From contig OZ025746.1 in the NCBI GenBank assembly GCA_964019335.1, forward strand, positions 62,001-126,000: a DNA stretch of 64,000 nt. Reading direction: 5' to 3'. A program made the position numbers and the translations under genes. Origin of the DNA: Diplonema japonicum (Eukaryota; Protista; Euglenozoa: Diplonemea). Under the pieces are notes generated by a model. It did not search any database, was not told the origin of the DNA, and was given only the letters and a program-made list of their open reading frames with translations. Shown here one piece after another: positions 46,806 through 57,498 of the stretch. Within the stretch, counting starts at the first letter, position 1; the number at the start of each line of letters is the position of its first letter.

Positions 46806-48605
46806 TCAATAACTGAGATTCGTGATCAACCCGCGCGTCTCATCTGAAAGGGAAGGGTGGATGTCTCTCAGCATCTCGAGGAATATTTTACGGCAATCGA
46901 CAGAGGCCGAGAGGTTTGTCATGAGTTGGAAGCACCCGTTCAGCCTTCGGTGCAACGAGTAAATCTCAAGTGGCGGCGCCGTCAGGCGCAGCTTCAACAT
47001 CTTCTGCACGTGCGGCTTCATCTGCATTGAAATGTCGAAAGACGAAAAGTCAGAAACACCCCTCGCAGAAAAGGGAAGAGACGCTATGAACGCAGCCTCA
47101 ACATGCGCCGCAAGCATCTCATCACACTCTTCCCCAGTGAGAAGCCCAAGCTCCTTCGAGAATCTAATCACAAGATCCCTGTTCTTAACGGTGGAGCCGT
47201 ATACTATCAGAAGGTATTTCTCAACAAAACTCTTGTCGAAGGTCCTGGCGGCGCCAAAGTCGATTAAATGCAAATTGTGATTTTGCTGGTCGTACATGAA
47301 ATTCGCGAAGGACGGGTCGGTCTGCATCGTTTGCCATTTGAACAGTTCTTTCAATGTTAATCTGAGAAATACTTCTGCGATTTCGTCTCGTCTAGCCTTG
47401 CCTAGACCCTCGCCGAACTCCGGGGAGAACAATGTGTCGGCTGGTTTCCCTGGAACCCATTCAGAAACAAGAATTTTTTTTGTTGACACACTTTCGATAA
47501 TATTTGGAACGTGAACAAGACTAAGCCCGCCGGCTCGGTCGTCGTCCGCTTCCAAAAGTGATCTGTAATGAGTTTGCCGTGAGGCCTCTCCTTTATAATC
47601 ACACTCTCGAAGAAGTTCTCTTTGCAGCTCCTTCAGAATATTATCAACATACAATCCCTTCGGCAGAATCCCAAATGAAAACAACCATCTTAAATTGCTC
47701 ATATCCGCCGAAACCGAATCCGTAACCCCTAGATATTGTATTTTCACAGCAACATGTGTTCCATTATGTAGCGTTGCACGGTGGACCTGTCCCAAGGAGG
47801 CAGCGGCAATGGGGGTTTCGTCGAAGAACGCGAAATTTTCCCGCCAGGCTTCACCGAGCTCCGAGACGAGAACGGAGGTCATTTCGTGTTGTGGCATCGC
47901 GTGGGTTTGGTTGCGAACTCTTGCGAACGCCTCCAGCACGTGCGGTGGTATCACACCTTTATCCTGTATAGATAGAAGTTGGCCCAGTTTTAAAGCCGCT
48001 CCTCTCATTTGGCACAGCCGGTCAACCAGCATGTCCAATGCTTTGCTCGACAACACGCCTGGAGAGTTGTCTCGTTTACCGAGAACTTTTCGTGTCCCAG
48101 CGTCAACTGCTAATCGTGCTGCCAACCCAGTCATGTGAAGAGCACGGCGAAGCGGTGTTGAAGGGAGATGCGAGATTGATGTAATGTGGGTGTTTGGATT
48201 TGGGGTTATATGATGTTGGGTTTGAGTTTGCGTTTTTTGGTTTTGGTTTTGGTTTTGCATATTTATAAGAACTTCATTTTGTTTTTGGAGGATTTTCAGG
48301 AGTTCTAGCTGTTCGCGCCTAAGTTCTACCAGTTCATCTCTCATGCTGTCCATGTCGGTGGTGTGGTTTTCTGATTTCGATGTTGATGCGTTGTTGCCGA
48401 GGCGGAGCATAACTTCTTCTGCTGCTCGTTGTACGACTTCCATCGGGCACACCCCCGTTGCCCTCCTCCCCGACCCCGCCAGGATCCCCCCTGCAACCGC
48501 CCCCGCTTCCTTTACAAACCCTGCTGTGTTATTCAACCTGTCCATCATTGTCAGCATTGAATACCATCTCCGGTTGCCGCTTTGCCCCATACGTATTGGC
48601 CGCAT
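46806..48605 (-). CDS. COQ8: Mitochondrial ABC1/UbiB atypical kinase
   Basis: MRGAALKLGQLLSIQD, AAASLGQVH, VAVKIQY, MQTDPSFANF, LIDFGAAR and EIYSLHRRL motifs. Confidence 0.92.
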   Translation of the reverse strand: MRPIRMGQSGNRRWYSMLTMMDRLNNTAGFVKEAGAVAGGILAGSGRRATGVCPMEVVQRAAEEVMLRLGNNASTSKSENHTTDMDSMRDELVELRREQLELLKILQKQNEVLINMQNQNQNQKTQTQTQHHITPNPNTHITSISHLPSTPLRRALHMTGLAARLAVDAGTRKVLGKRDNSPGVLSSKALDMLVDRLCQMRGAALKLGQLLSIQDKGVIPPHVLEAFARVRNQTHAMPQHEMTSVLVSELGEAWRENFAFFDETPIAAASLGQVHRATLHNGTHVAVKIQYLGVTDSVSADMSNLRWLFSFGILPKGLYVDNILKELQRELLRECDYKGEASRQTHYRSLLEADDDRAGGLSLVHVPNIIESVSTKKILVSEWVPGKPADTLFSPEFGEGLGKARRDEIAEVFLRLTLKELFKWQTMQTDPSFANFMYDQQNHNLHLIDFGAARTFDKSFVEKYLLIVYGSTVKNRDLVIRFSKELGLLTGEECDEMLAAHVEAAFIASLPFSARGVSDFSSFDISMQMKPHVQKMLKLRLTAPPLEIYSLHRRLNGCFQLMTNLSASVDCRKIFLEMLRDIHPSLSDETRGLITNLSY

Positions 48606-49037
48606 TTTTTGTTTTTGTTTTTGTTTTACTCTTTTTCTTTTGTAATATTTGAGTGGGGATGGGGGTAAAAAAAAAGGGGGGTGGTGTGAAGGGGCGAGGG
48701 GGGGGGGGGGGGGGGGGGACTTAACTTTTTTTTTTAGTTTTGTTTTCTTTATCTAAAGGGGGGGGGGTTTCCCAGGGGGGGTGAGGGAGGGGGGTAAACT
48801 AAAAGAAAATACTACCACTTTTACAGTAAGCCCCATCACATATTTTTTTTCTCCCCCCCCTCCCTTACTGTAATTGTTTTTTTTTAATTCCCACCTATTG
48901 CAAAAAAAAGGGGGTCCTTACGGAAGATTTTTCATCTCCCCCCCCCCCCCCCCTCTCTTGTTGTAAATTCTACTGAAACCGGGAAATAAAACAAAAAAAA
49001 ACTCTATTTTATTTTTCCTCCCCCCCCCCCTCCATCT

Positions 49038-49813
49038 TTATGTTGTTCCGCTAAACTGAGAAAGCCCACCCTGAGGCCGGTGTTGAGGAATGATACCCCC
49101 GGCAGGATTGGCCGCAAGCTGATATGAGTCGGCAGCGGGAATGCTATACTCTAAGGCTTGAGGGGGCTGAAGCGGCCGTCGGTTGGCTAGGTCACTCGAG
49201 GTTACTCCAACAGCGCTTGGGGCGGGACGGTGGTAGGTCCCAGGAGGCGCGGCAGCCGGGTGGAACGACTGAGGTGCGATAGGGGGAGGATACCCACCCC
49301 CACCACCACCCCCACCACCTAAGTGATGCTGCGGCCTTGTAGCTTTAATCACCGCGATCATGAGGTAAATCCATGATCGGATTGCACTGTACGCAAAGGA
49401 AAGGCTTGTGAAGAAAAACGTCGCTCCTTGTATCCCTGACACAATGCCCACCTTCCAGATGATGTCCACCTCTATGGCGAAGAGAGGGATGTCCGAGAAG
49501 ATCAGATTCACCATGATTCCGTAAATACGCCTTTTTTGGGCGTATTCCTCCGGCAACGGCCACCTGTAGGCCCACATGTAGAACACGCTTGCCACGAGGA
49601 GGTACATCACCGTTGCTATGATCGTTGCCGCTAAGTAGAGGTTCTTGACCCTGCTTGAGAGGTCGTCCTCATATCTTACCTGTTTTTTTTTTTTTTTTTT
49701 TTTTGAAAGTTTGAACATACCCAGTCTAGGTAGTTTGCCACACAGAGCAAAGGGTGCACAAAGTGGATGATGATTGTCAGCATCGTGAACGTTTTTTGCC
49801 ATTCTCCCGCCAT
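49038..49813 (-). CDS. Four-TM membrane protein with a Pro/Gly-rich tail; 1 intron
   Basis: ATG at 49813 follows an A10 run and gives MAGEWQKTFTMLTIIIHFVHPLL. The intron at 49680-49720 joins it to VRYEDD...; hydrophobic segments follow. Confidence 0.7.
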
Positions 49814-49883
49814 TTTTTTTTTTCCCTTCTTTTCCCCCCCCCCCAACTGGTTTTTTTCTTCTTTTTTTTTCTTCCCCCACGGG

Positions 49884-49924
<41 letters not shown>

Positions 49925-49952
49925 AGCACGAGGTATGTAAACACCTCAATTT

Positions 49953-51866
49953 TCAACTGAACGGAGCGGTCGGGGGATTGTAAAGCCTCAGGTTTTCAAC
50001 CTCCCCCGGTGGTTGGTACTGGTGTGCGGCGGCGATGGCTTTTCTCAACGGATCGCCCTTCACGTCCTGCGGGGTGAAGCAATGCCGCAGCGCAACTGAG
50101 AAAGCATAGTTCCGCCCATAGGCAGTACTATACCGTTTCGGGGGAACCTGCGGAGATGCCACTACATCAGGTGTGACAATGGTATCGTGGCAACCTACCC
50201 ACTGCAGCCAAGACCCAGGGCGTGACGTCACGGAGGTCCCGTCTTCGCTCGCGATGGTGTACACGTTGTTCGAATATTTGATAATGGAGGGGGTCCCGGG
50301 GGTCTTCCTCACCCAGACCTTTCCTTCATCAACTGTTTTGTCACGTTCATAGACACCTTGCAGGCCGGGGTGCTCTAAAGACGTAACTTGAACCTTTCCT
50401 GGAAGAGGACGGGATTTTGTTGGGTGGTTTTGTGTAGATCGAGACTTGTTTCGTTCTTTCATCTCCAGGGTTGCCTTGGCTTTGTGTGTTGATAGGTATT
50501 GTGCTATATATCGTGCTTCAACATCTTTTGCAACTGTGACTTGTTTTTTCGCGCACCAGAATGTTCGAAGGCGCTGTTCCTCTCGAGGAGTGAGGAGAAC
50601 GGTTGGTTTTGGTGGATCGGCGTGCATTTGTTTCGCTCGGTTCAATCTTGTTACGCATGCTTCACAGTCGAGGCTTTTGTTTTTCGAAAGCGTGGCGAGC
50701 TCCCTCATCTCTTTCAACGTTTCTTCCGCCCAGTGGTTGGAGTGTTGCTTGACCAGTTTGTCCTCCCGTACAACTGCTTCTTGCTTCTCCAAAATCTCGG
50801 TTGTTCCTTCGCATCCTTCAAGTATTTTTTTAAGCTTGGGAAGCGATACTTTCTCGTCCCATTCTTCCCCCGATGCGTTTTCAGGTACGCCAAGCACTTG
50901 GAACAATTTACTAGTATGTCTCTTCAACCATGTCTCCCCGGTGATTTCCGACAACGAAGCAGAAGCATCATCTGGTGAGATGAACCCGTCGGAATCAATG
51001 TCGAAGAATTTGAAGATAGAACTGCACTCCAATTTTGTCCATTGTTCGACTAGCTTTTGTAGGTTTGCTGCGCGTTGTAGCGGGTTTTGTTTGAGCTTTG
51101 TTTCATAGGACAGGAGGGCCCCCTGGTTGAGGGATCTCACGTAAGTTTCTAACCCGTTTATTTGAAGCGCGAGGTTTTGGATTTCCCTCTCGAGGCTCCG
51201 CGCGGTTGCCGTGTTGTTGTTGTTGTCGCTGATGGCGAACAATTTTGCCTCCGCGAGCTTTGCTTTTTTATGCCGGTGTTCGAGCTGCATTTCCTTAAGT
51301 TTTTCTGCGTGGTGTTCCCGGTCGTTTTTTATCCTCGAAATCGACTTAACAATTTCGTCGTCTTCGGTTTGCTTGTGTTTCCCGCTTCGGGTTGCGCCTA
51401 CATGCCGGGGTTTCTTCAAAGGTAGAGGATCGGAGACTTGCGGGTTTCGTATCGCTATCAATGGTTTCCCTTTTTCTTTCTCCTCTACCACCCGCATGCT
51501 GGCGAGCTTACCCCTTAGCACGCGTAACTCTTCCGTGGTGAAACTTGTGTTTGTCATGTCTGTACTAAGTTTTTCTAAAATAACTGTGTTCCACATTTCA
51601 CGATCGCTTTCCAAGGAGGGTTCATGGTATATCGGAGCTGCATGTGTGGAGGGTGCGTGGGTGGCGGCTGTGGATGAAACCGATTGCTTTTTTCGGATGC
51701 TTCTCCCCCTCGGCAACCCTGCCACTGGCGGTCTTGGTGGTGGACACCTTGTTGTTTTTTCCTCGTGGGGTACCTCGATCAACCCCGTTCCCACTACTGG
51801 TACGGCTGCCGTCGACTGCGTTCTCCTAGGGGTCGGGCCGTCGTTGTTTATGCCACTTTCGTCCAT
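49953..51866 (-). CDS. Hypothetical coiled-coil protein with an EF-hand
   Basis: 637-aa ORF; FDIDSDGFISPDD EF-hand loop. Confidence 0.7.
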   Translation of the reverse strand: MDESGINNDGPTPRRTQSTAAVPVVGTGLIEVPHEEKTTRCPPPRPPVAGLPRGRSIRKKQSVSSTAATHAPSTHAAPIYHEPSLESDREMWNTVILEKLSTDMTNTSFTTEELRVLRGKLASMRVVEEKEKGKPLIAIRNPQVSDPLPLKKPRHVGATRSGKHKQTEDDEIVKSISRIKNDREHHAEKLKEMQLEHRHKKAKLAEAKLFAISDNNNNTATARSLEREIQNLALQINGLETYVRSLNQGALLSYETKLKQNPLQRAANLQKLVEQWTKLECSSIFKFFDIDSDGFISPDDASASLSEITGETWLKRHTSKLFQVLGVPENASGEEWDEKVSLPKLKKILEGCEGTTEILEKQEAVVREDKLVKQHSNHWAEETLKEMRELATLSKNKSLDCEACVTRLNRAKQMHADPPKPTVLLTPREEQRLRTFWCAKKQVTVAKDVEARYIAQYLSTHKAKATLEMKERNKSRSTQNHPTKSRPLPGKVQVTSLEHPGLQGVYERDKTVDEGKVWVRKTPGTPSIIKYSNNVYTIASEDGTSVTSRPGSWLQWVGCHDTIVTPDVVASPQVPPKRYSTAYGRNYAFSVALRHCFTPQDVKGDPLRKAIAAAHQYQPPGEVENLRLYNPPTAPFS

Positions 51867-52447
51867 TGGCTATTTTTTTATTTTATTTTTTTTTTTGTTC
51901 TTTTTTTTTTTTTTTTTTTCCAGGCGGTCAAAAGAAAGGCCAAGAGAAGCCGGGCTGAGTCTGGCGGCTCATGTGGTAAAATATGAGAACATCATGCCTT
52001 CGGTTTTTCTTAGAAGCCGCGGGGGTGGGAAGTCACACAAACTTTTAAACTTTTTTTTTTTTTTTTCCTCAGCCGCCAAAGATTTTCGTCAATTATAGTA
52101 CCTATTTTATTTTATTTTATTTTTTTTTGCCTCAGAGGGTTTTTTGTTGACGGTGGAGAAAAAAAAAATAGAAACCACTGAAAAAACAAAAAACTTTGGT
52201 CAGGCGGGCCCTCTTTCCCTCATTAAAGAATACCTGTAGGGGGGGGGGGGGGTCTTTTAATAATTAATTTTAAAAAAAAGAGAGAACGAAGCGAGAAAAC
52301 AATGGGGAAAATAACAAAAAATTAAAAAAAAAAACAAAAAAGGTTGAGATTTGTAATCTTTTTATTTGTTTTCTTTTTTTAATCATTTTCCCCACCACCC
52401 TACCCACCCCTCCTCTTTTCTTTCGTCTTACCCTAGGCCCTCCCCAC

Positions 52448-52481
<34 letters not shown>

Positions 52482-52506
52482 ATTACTTCTAAAAAAAAAC
52501 TTTTTT

Positions 52507-54235
52507 TTAACAAAGCCCTTCTGACAAGGCAAATGAGCATTCATGCTTCTTGTAGATGGAGCAAAATTGTCGTATCGCTCTGTGTGTTTTTTTTTTTTTT
52601 TTTTTTTTTTTTTCTTGGTCTTCCCTCCCCCCTCATACTTGTCGTAGAGCATCACATCCCATTCATTGTTGTGAGCTATTGCCTCACGTTCCTCAGGGCT
52701 GCCTTTTTCTGTATATGACCCGGATCGGACTCTGCGTGGGTTTTTTTTTTCTTTTTTTTTCTTGTGCCAATACTTTTCTTTGAACACATCTCCAGAAAAG
52801 TCAGCCCCGGTCACACAGCTCAGGAGGTTCAGCGAGTCCTTCATGTACTCGACGATGATCACCACGTTAAACAGCTCCAAGAGGTCCGCTCCCTTTTGCG
52901 CAAGGACCTTGTCGACAACAAGGGGCGCCTTGCACTCCTTCCCGATCAACATTTTCGCCATGCAGTTCCGCGTCCCAACGTGCTGCGAGAACGTCGTCAG
53001 TCTAAATTTAAAAAAAAAAATTTTTTTTTTCCCTGAAAACCCAGCATACGTAAAGGCGTCGTCCCCCTGTGCCATGTAAAGCCTTTTTTTGAACTGGTCG
53101 CGTTGCGGTAGTCCGCAGCAAGGCCATTCTCGAGACCCATGGTGGAATGCTGAGACGATTCTGTCAACAGGTTTTCTGACATTGATGACCAACAGGTCGG
53201 TGGATCCGTTAGTTCGCTTTTCGACGCCCAGTCTTGTCAAAGGGGAGTGGCCGTAGCAGCCTTCCAGTCCGGGGCATGGTGGGTGTTTGTCCATTGACCC
53301 CAAACAGGGTTCGACAGAGCACCCCACTAGACTCCGTAAAGCCGACGTTGCCGTGGTTCCACCGGCCTTGGGGATGTGGATGAAGTGGGCGGTCTTAATA
53401 TCCCCTAGTTTTCGTGGCGAGGCAGCCTTGCCTTGGGGTTGTTCCAGAAAGGCTTTGTCCTTGACAACTTGCGGCAGTTCAACCTTCGCAATGGGAACAT
53501 GTCGAACCGGCTTGGGGTCTTTTTGAGATTGTAGCTTAACCGCCTCACGTTGAATAACAGCCCAGTCTGAACTCTATTTTTTTTTATTTCTTTTTTTTTT
53601 TCCCCTCACACCGATATTTCAGCGGCTTTTCGGTCGTCTTCTCCAGCGGCAACAACAACGTCTAATCTGTCCAAACCTCCTACAATCATTTTTTTGTAGT
53701 ATTGAGTCATTGAAAGGGTCTTCAAGAGGACCAGTATCTTGTTCTCGTTGTAGGTGGAGAGATGCTTTTCTATCCGGTCTAGGTGGAAGGAGGCACGGGA
53801 TAACCGGGAAGACAAAAACTCAGATGGAGGGTACTTGGGGAGGATCGATGTTGCCACTATGGGCCAATGGATTACAGAGCCGTCTGAGTGCCGGCATTTC
53901 ACGACACCGCGGCTGACATCGGCTGTGATTATTACAGCGGCCGAACCGCAGTACATTTCCATGTGTTGTGTCCATCGGATTCTTGGGTAGGATGACACGA
54001 GGATTTGAACCCAATCGCACTCCGGCTGTATCATTATTGTTGTTCCCGCCTTCATGCCCTGCATGGCGTTTTCCTTCTCCGGCCTCAGCCACCCTTGCGC
54101 CCCCTCCAGATGCCCTTCGCTTATTAACATTGTCGTCAGTAGAAACCCCACCGCGAACACTAGCGACCCGATTTTCACCACCTCGTTAGGTACTATCTTC
54201 CTCCCCCCCGCGCTTCCGCTGCGCAGCTTGCTCAT
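52507..54235 (-). CDS. Type II membrane (Golgi-type) sulfotransferase with accessory domains; 4 introns
   Basis: N-terminal TM segment. After the intron at 53574-53611, HFIHIPKAGGTT (5'-PSB); then VRKPVDRIVSAFHH (3'-PB) and NEWDVMLYD. Further introns at 53002-53049, 52732-52773 and 52580-52638; stop at 52507. Confidence 0.8.
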
Positions 54236-54381
54236 TTATTTTATTAATTTCTTTTTTTTGTTTTATTTTTACTTTTTTTTTTTTTTTTTAAAAATATGTA
54301 AACCCCCAGAGGGTTTTAGCACATGGGGTGTGTTGTGGTGTGTTGTGTGTGTGTGTGTGTGTGTCCTATTTTTCCGGGTGT

Positions 54382-54412
<31 letters not shown>

Positions 54413-54510
54413 CTTTTTCTTTTTTTTTCCCCCCCTGGCCCGAGGGAACACAAGCCCTACAGCAATGCGGACAACTGACTTAACGACACAATTTTGAAAG
54501 CCGGAGGGGA

Positions 54511-54545
<35 letters not shown>

Positions 54546-54607
54546 AGCGGTATATGTACATCATTCTTCCCCCCCCCCCCCGTTCATTTTTTTATTTTCC
54601 CCCCCCC

Positions 54608-55549
54608 TCACACGTAGGGGTTCCCCTGGTGTTGCACAGGTATTCCTGAGATCATATCACAGACTCGACCACGGTTACGCTGGAAGAGGGAGGTATCCCG
54701 CAGCTTTTTCAAGGGACCCGGGTCGTCCATTCCGCTGAACGAAAACACGTTTTGTCTATCCTGTCTCGTGTGCCCTTTACGTTGGAAAAGCGGACGCAAA
54801 CAGGGCTCTGTGGAGTGCGCCAGCATCAGGCTTCCCCCCGAGTTCGGTTTTAAATTGCCGGAGAGTTGGAGCGACGTTTTCATCTTTCGCTCAGTCTCAA
54901 CAGTAACTTCCTGTGTGTCCCGGAGAGACCTCACGGATGCATAAACACCGCTGTTGGTGTCATCTGGTGTTTCTGACAGAAGAATACCTCCAGGATGTCG
55001 ATTCTTCGACACGAATTTTAATCGGTTGAAAGTTCTACGCATTGAGCCCATCTCGGCCATGGCGTTCTGGATGTCTCGTTCCTCCCCGGCTTCCTTTCTC
55101 CTCGCCTTCGCTGATTTTAGAAAGCTGCTCTTGGTAGGGATTTCTTTTACGTCGATTTCCTTCAGTTTCCCTTCATGAACCTGGATGTTGAAATGCGGTC
55201 GTTCTCGCATAAAACGCTTTGTAACACCAGGAGTCGTTACCTGTTCAAGTACAGCTTGTTTTATATCGTCGCTTTGCCCTGTTCCCCATATGTCTTGCAG
55301 TGTGGTAGGGCATTTCGACACGCTAGGTGGTGGGGCGATGCAATTTGCGCTTGGAAGGCGGCTTTCGTGTCCCTTCAGTTCCGCCCTCGCCACCGACTCG
55401 AACTGCGTGCGGCGAGTGGAGCCGGCAAAGCCCTTCTTCCCCCCCGGGATCGTGCTGTTGTTGAAGTGGGTTTTATCAGAGAACCCCTCGAAGGTCCTCG
55501 GAGGCGATGGGAGGATATATTCGCCGAAGATCCATTCTCGTGTCTTCAT
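54608..55549 (-). CDS. Hypothetical basic protein
   Basis: Open frame of ~313 aa from the ATG at 55549, flanked by homopolymer spacers; no motif recognised. Confidence 0.65.
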   Translation of the reverse strand: MKTREWIFGEYILPSPPRTFEGFSDKTHFNNSTIPGGKKGFAGSTRRTQFESVARAELKGHESRLPSANCIAPPPSVSKCPTTLQDIWGTGQSDDIKQAVLEQVTTPGVTKRFMRERPHFNIQVHEGKLKEIDVKEIPTKSSFLKSAKARRKEAGEERDIQNAMAEMGSMRRTFNRLKFVSKNRHPGGILLSETPDDTNSGVYASVRSLRDTQEVTVETERKMKTSLQLSGNLKPNSGGSLMLAHSTEPCLRPLFQRKGHTRQDRQNVFSFSGMDDPGPLKKLRDTSLFQRNRGRVCDMISGIPVQHQGNPYV

Positions 55550-55672
55550 TATATTCCCCCCTCCCACACCACCTAACTTTTTTTTTTGTTTGAAAAAAAA
55601 AAAAGAATATGGAGGTAGGGGGGGGGGGGGGGGGGGAATACAAACATGAATACAAACAAAAAGATTTTTCTA

Positions 55673-55707
<35 letters not shown>

Positions 55708-55711
<4 letters not shown>

Positions 55712-56565
55712 GTCATGGGTGTGGGTGGTATCAAGGGGTCCGGTGCAGGGGAGGTCGATCTGCACCGCCGTCTCCCGGGCGTCGTTCCTCTCGAAGCGTT
55801 GTCCAGCCCGTGGCTTTGCTTTGAAAGCCTGCAGTTCGTGCAGATGGAGACCCCCCAACCCGGTTTGTACTCCTTGCAAGGAAACGACGCGGCCGTTCTC
55901 GGTGTGGGGGGCCGCGACGACGGCCGGTCGGGGGTGCGCAAGAGAACGGGGGCGGCGGCGGCGACAACAGCAGGAGAGTTAGAATCAAGTGAGTCCCATA
56001 TCGCGCTGAGCTTCTGGAGAACAGCCTCTTGCGAAGTAGGTTGCAGTGGAACACTCGAACCTCGAAGTGGGCTGACATGGTTCACATGAGTTCCAACAAG
56101 AACTGGCGTCGGCCTAACCACAGAAAGATCGGTACCAGAAGGGTTACGTGGAGGTGAGGTTACCACAGCAGGTGGTGTGTATGATGCCACCGTCTGCAAC
56201 ACAGAGGGAGGCACAGCTGGAGGCTGGGTCTTCCTCTTTGTTTTTTGATATGTTTTGTTGCTGTTCTGAACCGCAACGTGAAGTGCTTGCGAACCTGATC
56301 TTTTTGCTTGTGGGATGAGGTCCTTCGCCTGAAGTGAGAACGTGCCGTATTCTACATGCCTTGACACCATATCCCTGTTTGACAGTAGCCTCCCTTCACC
56401 ACTGAAGACACTTACCTGTGATGCTTTGACTTCTACATTCTGCGGTCCGAAGGCAAAGAGCCTCACAGCCTCTTGGATCAGGTCAGACACATCTGCTGTG
56501 TCCTCTAATGATATTTTGAGCGCTTGATCTTCGCCTTCCTCCGCTTTGCGAACCCAGATTTTCAT
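55708..56565 (-). CDS. Hypothetical protein: N-terminal ubiquitin-like fold, Pro/Ser linker, C-terminal C3H zinc-finger-like motif
   Basis: MKIWVR...TADVSDLI resembles a beta-grasp fold; CKEYKPGWGVSICTNCRLSKQSH near the C-terminus. Confidence 0.6.
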
Positions 56566-57445
56566 TTTATTTTTTTTCCCCCTCTCACGCCCTTCTCCGC
56601 CCCAACCCTCTTTTTATTGTTAGGGGGGGTTTTTTTTTTCTTGAGCTTGAAAAAAAATATGAGATAAAAAAAAAAACAAAAAAAGGGTAGAGAGGGAAAG
56701 AGAGGAAACGAAAAGGAGCGAGGGAAGTAGAAGTAAACTTTCCGACAAGGTTTGTTTCGGTGTGCAAGGGGGGGAGAGAGAGCTCACACCGCGTGTTTTT
56801 TTTCCCCCTTTTTTTTTTTCGTCTGGAGGGCAGAAAAAGCGTTTTTTTTTTTTTTTGCAGGATGAAACCCTTAAGCACGTTTGTCAATGTTTCCCTTTTG
56901 TTTAAACAAGTCGAAAAGCGAGGGGGGGGGAAAGGGGAGAGGGGAGTGAATAGCAAGAGAAAAGGGGAAAGGAAAAAAGAGGGAAAAAAAAATACAACCA
57001 AAATAAAGTGAACCTTTTCCTAGTTTTTCATTTATTTAATAATGGCGAGGGGGGGGGGGGGGGGGGTGCACTTTTTTTTTGAAATGGTTGTATTTGAGAA
57101 GGGGGGGAAAAGTAATACGATCGAGAAGAAAGAATAGTGGGGATAAAGCTAAGCTTGTGTCTCCTCTGTCTAGAATTGCTTGGAATTTTACGACCGTGTT
57201 TTTATTACTATTATTTTTTTTTTTTTTATTCCCGCGAAATATCTTCCACCCCCTTGCATCCGATAATTTTTTAAATAATATTATCGTTATTTGGGAAAGG
57301 TAAGAGGCAAAAAAAGGTGGGACATGGAGAAGGGGAAAAAAAAAAACCACGGTCAGAAGTATTCGACAAGCAGAGACAAAAAGGATCACAAAACGGGGGG
57401 GAGAGGGTGGAGGAAACGTTATTTTTTATTTTAATTTTCTTGTTC

Positions 57446-57492
<47 letters not shown>

Positions 57493-57498
<6 letters not shown>

